Source: Chloroflexota bacterium (GTDB lineage: Bacteria > Chloroflexota > Dehalococcoidia > Lucifugimonadales > GCA-2717565). Taken from it: a DNA stretch of 64,000 nucleotides. Shown here in pieces: positions 28,953 to 36,084 of this stretch. The DNA is taken from NCBI GenBank assembly GCA_002717565.1, contig PBAZ01000001.1, positions 261,683 through 325,682 of the forward strand. Direction: 5' to 3'. Numbering within the stretch: the stretch's first letter is position 1; each line of letters starts with the position of its first letter. A program made the position numbers and the translations under genes. Under the pieces are notes generated by a model, which worked only from the letters and a program-made list of their open reading frames with translations, did not search any database and was not told the DNA's origin.

Positions 28953-29093
28953 CTAACCCTTTCCGATCCTGAATACCTTTGTACTGCACTTTGGGCAGGT
29001 ACCTGAGGTCGCTGGGCGACCGTTTTTAAGGGTCACAGGTGTTGGGTTGCTAATTTCCGTCTTGGCTCGGCACTTTACGCAGTAGGCCTCCAT
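28953..29093 (-). CDS. Small zinc-ribbon protein (DUF5679-like), 46 aa; below the ORF-track size cut-off
   Basis: My own translation: MEAYCVKCRAKTEISNPTPVTLKNGRPATSGTCPKCSTKVFRIGKG. It carries two CxxC pairs (C5/C8, C33/C36). GGGAGGA SD lies 7 nt upstream of ATG 29093. The sequence pattern matches the small CxxC...GRPA...CPxCxTK.FRIGK family common in Chloroflexi and Actinobacteria. Confidence 0.72.
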   Translation of the reverse strand: MEAYCVKCRAKTEISNPTPVTLKNGRPATSGTCPKCSTKVFRIGKG

Positions 29094-29223
29094 AGCTAAT
29101 CCTCCCATGAGTTAGAGTTGATTTAGGCATATGTTACCCGTGGAGAGCTGCAAACGCAAGCCTTTGCAAGCCCAATGCACTGAGAATTTACTTTAATGTA
29201 ACAAATAAGTGATGGAGCGGGCG

Positions 29224-29298
29224 ATGGGATTCGAACCCACGACATTCTGCTTGGAAGGCAGATACTCTTCCTCTGAGTTACGCCCGCTTGTAACGAAT
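29224..29298 (-). tRNA. tRNA-Gly (anticodon TCC), CCA encoded
   Basis: The reverse complement folds as acceptor GCGGGCG/CGCCCGC, D arm ACTC-AGAGGAA-GAGT, anticodon arm TCTGC-CTTCCAA-GCAGA (anticodon TCC), T arm GTGGG-TTCGAAT-CCCAT, then T-CCA. Confidence 0.92.
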
Positions 29299-29393
29299 CG
29301 AAAGGCCTGAAGGGATGTGGTACTGAGAGAGAATTGTAGTCGTTTCTTTGTCGAGTTGTCCACCGGTAGCTAGAACGGCCATTAGGTATCTTG

Positions 29394-29870
29394 TCATAGT
29401 TGAGCTTTGCCAGTAGCGCAGTTAAGGCATAGGCTTTGCAATTCAAGGGAATGCGATGTTACTGAAACAGAGTATTGGCGTTCTACTCTGCGGATTTCTG
29501 TCTCCAAATCGCGTTCAAGAGTTGCGCCGATTTCAAAATCGGTGATTGTACCACATTCTCTACAGAAAATGTGGTGATGATGATCGTCTTGATGCTCTGT
29601 AAGTTCAATGACTTTAGTATTCTCAGGGGTTTGAAATTCAGATATTATCCCCGAATCCTTTAGGTCCTTGATTATGCGGTATAGGGATGATAATGCGATT
29701 TTGCCTTTTGAAAGCCGACTAATTTGCTCTACTGTTAGGGGGCGTTTTTCTTTGAGTAGGATGGCAAGAAGGGATAGCCTTGGCTGTGTGATGGTTATAG
29801 CTTTCGAAGTCAGAACTGTTCTCGAAAGTTCATCCAGGGATGATTGTTTAGATGATCGATTGCTTCGCAT
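29394..29870 (-). CDS. zur: Fur-family transcriptional regulator, probably the zinc-uptake regulator Zur
   Basis: Winged-helix N-terminus (ITQPRLSLLAILLKEKRPLTVEQI), an HQDDHHHHIFCRECG metal site and a C-terminal CLNC pair. It is divergent from a ZnuA-type operon. Confidence 0.82.
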   Translation of the reverse strand: MRSNRSSKQSSLDELSRTVLTSKAITITQPRLSLLAILLKEKRPLTVEQISRLSKGKIALSSLYRIIKDLKDSGIISEFQTPENTKVIELTEHQDDHHHHIFCRECGTITDFEIGATLERDLETEIRRVERQYSVSVTSHSLELQSLCLNCATGKAQL

Positions 29871-29894
29871 GTGCGCATTATATCAAATTTTGCC

Positions 29895-29954
29895 TTGACA
29901 AAGTGGATAGATGCATCTAATATCAGGTTGGAATGAAAATGAGAATCATTCTTA
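29895..29954 (+). promoter_or_regulatory. znu promoter TTGACA-17 nt-TAATAT followed by an AT-rich palindromic Fur/Zur-box-like operator
   Basis: -35 at 29895..29900 and -10 at 29918..29923. Overlapping palindromes AATGA-GAA-TCATT (29938..29950) and AGAAT-C-ATTCT (29942..29952) lie within GAATGAAAATGAGAATCATTCTTA, which resembles TGAAAATGATTTTCA-type Zur boxes. Confidence 0.45.
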
Positions 29955-29981
29955 TTTAGGGAGTTTGGGGGGGAAAACAGG

Positions 29982-31148
29982 ATGAATATAATGCAACGCT
30001 TAATTTTAATAAGTGGTGTGATACTTATTGGGCTAATTGGTCTGATTGCTTGTGGTAGTGAGGATACAGTAGAAACTAGTCCTACAGCCACAGCCGTGGT
30101 GACTGAGGTTGAATCTTCATTTGCCGTTGTGGCTACCGTTCCGCTTGTCGCAGATTGGGTGTCAGAAGTAGTTGGACTAGATACGACTGTCAGGTCAATG
30201 ATCCCGTATGGAGTAAACCCACATGGATACCTTTTTGGAGCGAAAGATATAGCGGAGGTAACAGAATCCGATATTGTTTTCGCGGTTGGATTGGAGTACG
30301 AGTCGAAAACATTTGAGAAGCTTATGGATGCTCATCCGGACCTTATAGTGGTTAACCTGGGAGATTTTGTTGACCCTATCCCATTTAAGGAAGATGGCCA
30401 TGAAGGTCATGATGATCATGACGATGAAGATGGCCATGAAGGCCATGATGATCATGACGACGAAGATGGCCATGAAGGCCATGATGATCATGACGATGAA
30501 GATGAGCATGAAGGCCATGATGATCATGACGATGAAGATGGACATAAGGGCCATGATGATCACGATGGTGAGGATGGACATGAGGGGCATGATGGCCACG
30601 AAGGCCATGATCATGGCCTCTACGATCCACATTTCTGGTTTGATCCGGTGAGAGTTGCTAGTGCTGTTCAGATAATTGCAGACAAAATGAGCGAATTTGA
30701 TCCAAATGGAGCTCAGCAGTATCAGAGTCGCGCCTCAGATTACTTGACCAAACTGAACGCGTTGGATCAAGATATTCATGATAGGATATCTGGAATTGCC
30801 GAATCTAATCGGATCGTAATGACCTCGCATGAATCATTGGGATACTTGGGTGCAAGGTATGAATTAAATGTAATTAGGGCAGTCATACCAACACTTAACG
30901 CAGATCAGGAGCCAGGGCCAGGACATTTGGTTGAAGCGATAGAATTGATTGAGGACCACGAGGTGCAAGTTATTTTCTTAGAAGCCGAGACAGCTGACGC
31001 GACCTCTGAGGTCGTAGCTGACGAGACGGGTATTGAAGTCGTCTCTGGGCTTCGTGTAGAAACTTTGAGAAATCGAGACGAAAGTTACATTAATTTCATG
31101 GAAGATAACATCGAGCTTATCGTTGAAACGTTAAAGAATCTTCCCTAG
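29982..31148 (+). CDS. znuA: Metal ABC transporter substrate-binding lipoprotein, ZnuA/TroA family, with a long His/Asp/Glu-rich loop
   Basis: Lipoprotein signal with lipobox LIAC-G; DPHFWFDP and SHESLGYL cluster-9 SBP motifs; a roughly 75-aa H/D/E loop, the hallmark of zinc-specific ZnuA. Confidence 0.86.
   Translation: MNIMQRLILISGVILIGLIGLIACGSEDTVETSPTATAVVTEVESSFAVVATVPLVADWVSEVVGLDTTVRSMIPYGVNPHGYLFGAKDIAEVTESDIVFAVGLEYESKTFEKLMDAHPDLIVVNLGDFVDPIPFKEDGHEGHDDHDDEDGHEGHDDHDDEDGHEGHDDHDDEDEHEGHDDHDDEDGHKGHDDHDGEDGHEGHDGHEGHDHGLYDPHFWFDPVRVASAVQIIADKMSEFDPNGAQQYQSRASDYLTKLNALDQDIHDRISGIAESNRIVMTSHESLGYLGARYELNVIRAVIPTLNADQEPGPGHLVEAIELIEDHEVQVIFLEAETADATSEVVADETGIEVVSGLRVETLRNRDESYINFMEDNIELIVETLKNLP
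30390..30617 (+). repeat. In-frame 36-bp tandem repeat: five near-identical units plus a degenerate sixth, encoding (EDGHEGHDDHDD)n inside znuA
   Basis: Units start at 30390, 30426, 30462, 30498 and 30534 (gaagatggccatgaaggYcatgatgatcatgacgaY), with 1-6 substitutions between them. A degenerate tail covers 30570..30617. Confidence 0.95.
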
Positions 31149-31186
31149 AGGGTCGAACGAGAGTTAAAAGCGGGAGTTGAATAGTC

Positions 31187-32002
31187 GTGGAGTCTGTTAC
31201 CCCACAAGAATTGAATGTTGTATGCAACAACTTATGTGAAAACTGTAGTTGTTGCATACAGGTCTCAGATGTGTGCGTTGAATTTGAAAATGTGCTGGCC
31301 TTGGATAATGTTTCTTTTTCTATCAAGGCTGGCACATTAACTGGTATCGTAGGGCCGAACGGTGGTGGTAAAAGTACGTTGTTCAATTCCCTTGTCGGCT
31401 TGCAATCTATTAGCCATGGAACAATTCTAATAAACAATATGCCCTCAAATAGATCCTTGGGTAAGATTAGTTATGTCCCTCAAAAGGAGAGGATTAACTG
31501 GAGATTCCCCTTGACCGTTGAAGATGTGGTGTCTTTGGGGAGAATCGGTAAGGGATCAATTATGCAAAAATTGGGCTTTACTGGGAATCCCATCGTTGAA
31601 GAGTCGCTTAGGAAAGTCGATATGTGGGACCATAGAAAGGCTTTAGTGGCTAATTTGTCTGGCGGGCAGAGGCAGCGTACATTTATTGCGCGGGCCTTGA
31701 CTCAAGAGGCTGATATTTTGCTGTTAGACGAAGCATTTAGTGGCGTCGATTTCGCGTCTCAAGAAGGAGTGATTGATGTGCTCCGGAGCCTTCGGGATGA
31801 GGGTAAGACTATATTGATGGCTACGCACGATCTGAATAGCCTGTCAGATCGTTTTGATGAAGTCCTATGTATTAATCGACATATATGTGCTCACGGGAAT
31901 CCTGAATCTGTTTTCACCGACGAAGTACTGAAAGAACTATATGGTGCTCATGGTGAGCTTTTTGCTGAGCATCAGGTTGGCCGGCATAGTCATGGGACTT
32001 GA
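31187..32002 (+). CDS. znuC: Metal (zinc) ABC transporter ATP-binding protein
   Basis: Walker A GPNGGGKST, signature LSGGQRQR, Walker B LLLDEAFSGVD and H-loop ATHDL. The start is uncertain: GTG 31187 gives a Cys-rich 20-aa N-terminal extension. Confidence 0.86.
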   Translation: MESVTPQELNVVCNNLCENCSCCIQVSDVCVEFENVLALDNVSFSIKAGTLTGIVGPNGGGKSTLFNSLVGLQSISHGTILINNMPSNRSLGKISYVPQKERINWRFPLTVEDVVSLGRIGKGSIMQKLGFTGNPIVEESLRKVDMWDHRKALVANLSGGQRQRTFIARALTQEADILLLDEAFSGVDFASQEGVIDVLRSLRDEGKTILMATHDLNSLSDRFDEVLCINRHICAHGNPESVFTDEVLKELYGAHGELFAEHQVGRHSHGT

Positions 32003-32810
32003 GTTTCTACTCGAACCTTTACAGTATTCTTTCATAGTTAGAGCCTTGATTGTTAGTGTGTTGGTCGGGGTTATGTGTCCGTTTCTCGGCGCTTTCGTCA
32101 TAAACCGTGAGATGGGCTTCATGGGTGATGCTTTGGCTCATTCAGTGCTTCCTGGGATGGTTATTGCTTATGGTATTGGATTCAGTCCGTACTTGGGAGC
32201 TATACCCAATGCCATTCTTGTCGCTTTGGGTATAGGCTACATTGTGAGAAAGACCCGGATGTCTGTAGACACATCGATAGGGATCGTTTTCTCCGCACTA
32301 TTTTCTCTCGGGTTAATCATCTTGGCGCTGATGGGAGGCATAAGCATAAATGTCGAAGATATACTTTTGGGACAGGTCTTGAGCACATCGACGACTGATG
32401 TTTATACCACTCTAGCTCTGACCGGTATCGTGACGGCAATTATGATTTTGTTCTATAAGCCTTTGGTTTTTGTAGGATTTGACTTTGAAGGCTCCGCTGT
32501 TGCGGGTATTCCCGCAGTAAAATTGGATTATTTGCTGCTATCTGTACTGTCGGTGGTTATAGTGATGTCATTGAAAGTGGTAGGGATTGTTCTAGTTATC
32601 GGTATGTTGATCACGCCTGCAGCAGCTGCCGGGTTGATAGTAAGACGGTTTTCGGGAGTCATTATTTTGGGTATTGGATTTGGTGTGACTTCTGCACTAG
32701 TAGGTCTTTATGCTTCTTACTACTTTAATTTGCCCTCAGGTCCGGCAATAGCACTCGCATCTACAGGTATTTTTGGATGCTCTCTAATTAAAAGATGGCA
32801 GTGGGGATGA
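31992..32810 (+). CDS. znuB: Metal (zinc) ABC transporter permease
   Basis: ABC-3 family polytopic membrane protein (MGDALAHSVLPG motif). ATG 31992 overlaps the znuC stop; the track start at 31941 lies inside znuC. Confidence 0.86.
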   Translation: MGLEFLLEPLQYSFIVRALIVSVLVGVMCPFLGAFVINREMGFMGDALAHSVLPGMVIAYGIGFSPYLGAIPNAILVALGIGYIVRKTRMSVDTSIGIVFSALFSLGLIILALMGGISINVEDILLGQVLSTSTTDVYTTLALTGIVTAIMILFYKPLVFVGFDFEGSAVAGIPAVKLDYLLLSVLSVVIVMSLKVVGIVLVIGMLITPAAAAGLIVRRFSGVIILGIGFGVTSALVGLYASYYFNLPSGPAIALASTGIFGCSLIKRWQWG

Positions 32811-33514
32811 CAGTCTCGATCACAACGGTGGTTAACGGTATACACCAGATTCACCTTGGTGCCACTTCTGCTACTTTGATTGAAACTGGAGACAGTCCAG
32901 TTCTGATTGATGTGGGATGGAAATGGAGTTACAACAGACTGAAGGATTCGTTGCGTGCACTGGGATATTATCCAGAGGATATTTCACTGGTCGCCATGAC
33001 GCATTATCATCCTGACCATAGTGGAGGAATGGAAGCTTTCCGTAACAAAACAGGCGCACACCTGGCTGTACATGATGCGGAAGCGCTGATATATACTTCT
33101 GAATTACCCATACCTCCTATCATGTACGGGTGGAAGGGCGGCTTTGGGATTTTGAACCCATTGTTGAACCTCGTGGGGATGCACCCTACCCCTGCAGATA
33201 TAATTCTCCAGGATAAAGAAATGTTACCCTCGGTGGCAGATATTGAAGTTATTCATACCCCGGGGCACACTGCTGGTAGCGTATCTTTTTACATTCCATC
33301 TAAACAGACGCTTATTGTGGGAGATGCGATGATGTATAAGCATGGCAAATTGTCCCCTCCCCACAGCACTTTTAGTCATGATAATGTCGTTGCACTTGAT
33401 TCCATACGTAAATTAACGCAATATGACTGTTCTGTCGTATGCTTTAGTCATTATCCCCCTTTAATCGGAGATGCACAGAATCAGATCAATGAATTAGCAG
33501 CAAGTGTGGGGTGA
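32795..33514 (+). CDS. MBL-fold metallo-hydrolase
   Basis: THYHPDHSGG (the H-x-H-x-D-H motif) and a later HTPGHT. Overlaps the znuB 3' end by 16 nt. Confidence 0.82.
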   Translation: MAVGMTVSITTVVNGIHQIHLGATSATLIETGDSPVLIDVGWKWSYNRLKDSLRALGYYPEDISLVAMTHYHPDHSGGMEAFRNKTGAHLAVHDAEALIYTSELPIPPIMYGWKGGFGILNPLLNLVGMHPTPADIILQDKEMLPSVADIEVIHTPGHTAGSVSFYIPSKQTLIVGDAMMYKHGKLSPPHSTFSHDNVVALDSIRKLTQYDCSVVCFSHYPPLIGDAQNQINELAASVG

Positions 33515-33543
33515 CGAAATCCATTGATATAAAGGAGTAGGTT

Positions 33544-36060
33544 ATGTACACCAATCTCGTTGATTTCTTGGATCAGTCTGCTGAAAAATATCGAACCAAA
33601 CCTGCGCTTATGTTTAAGCCTGGCTTTAAATACATAAGTTGGACGTATGATGAGTTGGTGCGTGATTCTAAGAAGGCAGCAGCATATCTTGCCCAAGAAG
33701 GTCTGCAGAAGGGTGATCGGGTGGTGATTTGGGCTCCGAATTCTCCTCTCTGGGTTGTCGCTTTTTTTGGTTGCTTGAGAGCTGGTGTTATTGTCGTTCC
33801 CCTAGATATGCAAAGTTCCCCTGAGTTCGTTGATGCAGTGATATCGAAAACGCGGCCAAAACTGGTTTTGATATCCCGTGTTACGCCTACGGATACTGAA
33901 CAAATCGGAGTTAAGTCTATTTATTACGAAGACCTACCGGTTTTGTATCAGCAATTTGATACCGAACCAGCGGTACAGATCAATGATGAAGATGTTGCTG
34001 AGGTGATGTTTACTTCGGGCACTACTGGTGCACCTAAGGGAGTTATGCTGACTCACAAGAATTTGATTGCAAATCTCAATTCGTTGAGCGAAGTCATCAC
34101 TGGCAGATCAACTGACCGCCTGATTTCTATTCTCCCTCTAAGCCATATGTTTGAACAGATGGGAGGCTTATTGTTTCCACTCAAGATAGGTGCAGATATC
34201 ACCTACGCAATGAGCCGGAGACCAAAAGTATTGTTCAGGACAATGCAAGAAAGAAAAGTAACCGTTATGTTACTCGTGCCACAGGCATTGGACTTGTTCA
34301 AGAAGGGTATTGAACGTGAAATCGCACGTCAAGGTAAAGCTGGCATATTCGGGAAAATGCTATCTGCAGCAGAAAAAGTCCCTACCTCGATGAGAAGACT
34401 GATTTTCCGAAGGATTCGTCAGCAAATGGGAGGCAAACTTCGTTTGATTTTTGCCGGAGGCGCTGCATTACCGGAACCAGTTGGGCATTGGTGGACGCTC
34501 CTTGGAATAGACGTGATACAGGGTTATGGAGCTACTGAGGCATCACCCGTTGTGGCTTGTCATCCAGAAAAATTCCCTAGATATGATAGCCCAGGTCCTC
34601 CATTGCCTGGAGTGGAGGTTCGTATCTCGGATGATGGTGAAGTGCTCGTGCGTGGGGACAATATCACTCCGGGATATTGGGAGGATGAAGAGAGGACGAA
34701 AGATATTTTCGAAGGTGATTGGTATAAGACTGGAGATCAAGGATTGATTGATGAGTATGGATTCGTCCGCTTGAATGGGCGGAAGAAAGACATGATTGTT
34801 TTGCCAAACGGACAAAACGTGTTTCCCGAAGATGTGGAGGATGTGCTTCGGCAGCACGAAGATGTGAAAGACACCACTGTTTTAGGAATGGAAGTGGAAG
34901 ATTCTGTTCAGGTGCATGCAGTTGTCATAATGCAGGAAGAGAATTCAGGCATCGCTGAAATTATTAATTGGGCGAATCGCCAATTGGCTAGCCATCAAAG
35001 AATTCGCACCCATAGTGTTTGGTCTGGTGATGACTTTCCTAGAACTCATACCATGAAAATAAAGAAACCGCTCGTACTAGAAGCTATTTTGCGTGAAGGG
35101 ACTGGGAATGAACCGGCCGGAATTGCCGTAGCGAAAAAAGAAGAGGAACCAGCCCAATCTCCATTGCTAGCTGTACTTTCGGAACTCGTTGGTGTTCCCC
35201 CAAATCAAATAGGTATGGACGTTCAACTAGAATCCGGATTGGGTCTGGATTCGCTTGCCCGAGTTGACCTGCTTTCAGCTATTGAGGAAGATTTGGAGGT
35301 ATATGTTGATGATGGTGATATAACGCCTGAAACTACTGTTGAAGATTTGGAAAGATTAGTCCAACTGGGAACATCTTCCGATAGCGGCGGTGGATATAGC
35401 CATTGGGGGTTAGCGACTTGGGCTCGTTTGGTCCGGGGCGTTGGTCAAAATCTCGTTTTGTTTCCAGTAATAAAGGCTTGCTATCGCATCGAGGTACGCG
35501 GGCTTGAAAATTTTGAGAACATCGATCGCACAATCTTACTGGTCGGCAACCATTGTTTGCATCACGATAACGAGATATATATGCGATCGCTGCCGAGCAA
35601 AATTCGTCGGAATCTTGCAATTGCCGCTGGGGCTCACATGTATAACAATCCTCTAAGAGGAGCTATTCTCACCCTTTTTGGGAATGCATTCCCTTTTGCT
35701 ACTGGAAAAGCGGAGAAGGTCCACAACAAAGGAAATATTAGGGCGAGCATGGATAATATGGGGATAATAATGGATAAGGGGTGGTCTGTGATGATTTACC
35801 CTGAAGGTGAGTTAACTGTTGGCGGTCCAATGCAACCTTTTCTTCGAGGTACTGGGTTAATGGCTATAGGAGGGAATTTACCGGTGATTCCGATGTATAT
35901 TAACATCCATAAATTCGGGATTCCGTCTCGCTTACCGTGGTTTAGGCGGGGCAGGGTTACTGTCAATTTTGGTGCGCCACTCGTGCCTCCATGGGACGGG
36001 ACGGTCGAAGAGGCGACAACAAGAATCGAGGAAAGCGTTAAGGATTTGGCTATTGTTTAA
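33544..36060 (+). CDS. Tri-domain protein: acyl-AMP/acyl-CoA ligase + phosphopantetheine carrier domain + HX4D (PlsC/LPLAT-type) acyltransferase
   Basis: Adenylation motifs TSGTTGAPKGV (about 34012..34044), GYGATE, YKTGD and GRKKDMIV. Carrier-domain motif GLGLDSLARVDLL (about 35239..35256). Acyltransferase motif NHCLHHD, i.e. H-x4-D (35548..35568), and YPEGE (35799..35810). Confidence 0.82.
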   Translation: MYTNLVDFLDQSAEKYRTKPALMFKPGFKYISWTYDELVRDSKKAAAYLAQEGLQKGDRVVIWAPNSPLWVVAFFGCLRAGVIVVPLDMQSSPEFVDAVISKTRPKLVLISRVTPTDTEQIGVKSIYYEDLPVLYQQFDTEPAVQINDEDVAEVMFTSGTTGAPKGVMLTHKNLIANLNSLSEVITGRSTDRLISILPLSHMFEQMGGLLFPLKIGADITYAMSRRPKVLFRTMQERKVTVMLLVPQALDLFKKGIEREIARQGKAGIFGKMLSAAEKVPTSMRRLIFRRIRQQMGGKLRLIFAGGAALPEPVGHWWTLLGIDVIQGYGATEASPVVACHPEKFPRYDSPGPPLPGVEVRISDDGEVLVRGDNITPGYWEDEERTKDIFEGDWYKTGDQGLIDEYGFVRLNGRKKDMIVLPNGQNVFPEDVEDVLRQHEDVKDTTVLGMEVEDSVQVHAVVIMQEENSGIAEIINWANRQLASHQRIRTHSVWSGDDFPRTHTMKIKKPLVLEAILREGTGNEPAGIAVAKKEEEPAQSPLLAVLSELVGVPPNQIGMDVQLESGLGLDSLARVDLLSAIEEDLEVYVDDGDITPETTVEDLERLVQLGTSSDSGGGYSHWGLATWARLVRGVGQNLVLFPVIKACYRIEVRGLENFENIDRTILLVGNHCLHHDNEIYMRSLPSKIRRNLAIAAGAHMYNNPLRGAILTLFGNAFPFATGKAEKVHNKGNIRASMDNMGIIMDKGWSVMIYPEGELTVGGPMQPFLRGTGLMAIGGNLPVIPMYINIHKFGIPSRLPWFRRGRVTVNFGAPLVPPWDGTVEEATTRIEESVKDLAIV

Positions 36061-36084
36061 GAATGAAGGATTAGGCAGATCTGC

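Noticed and set aside
29123-29446. 107-aa minus-strand ORF
   Set aside because: It completely contains tRNA-Gly(TCC) (29224..29298) and overlaps the 3' end of the Fur-family gene.
30195-30651. Three ORFs (145 aa minus, 94 aa plus, 81 aa minus) with repetitive M/I/A/H-rich sequence
   Set aside because: They are alternative-frame and antisense readings of the 36-bp tandem repeat inside znuA, and so are artefacts of repeat periodicity.
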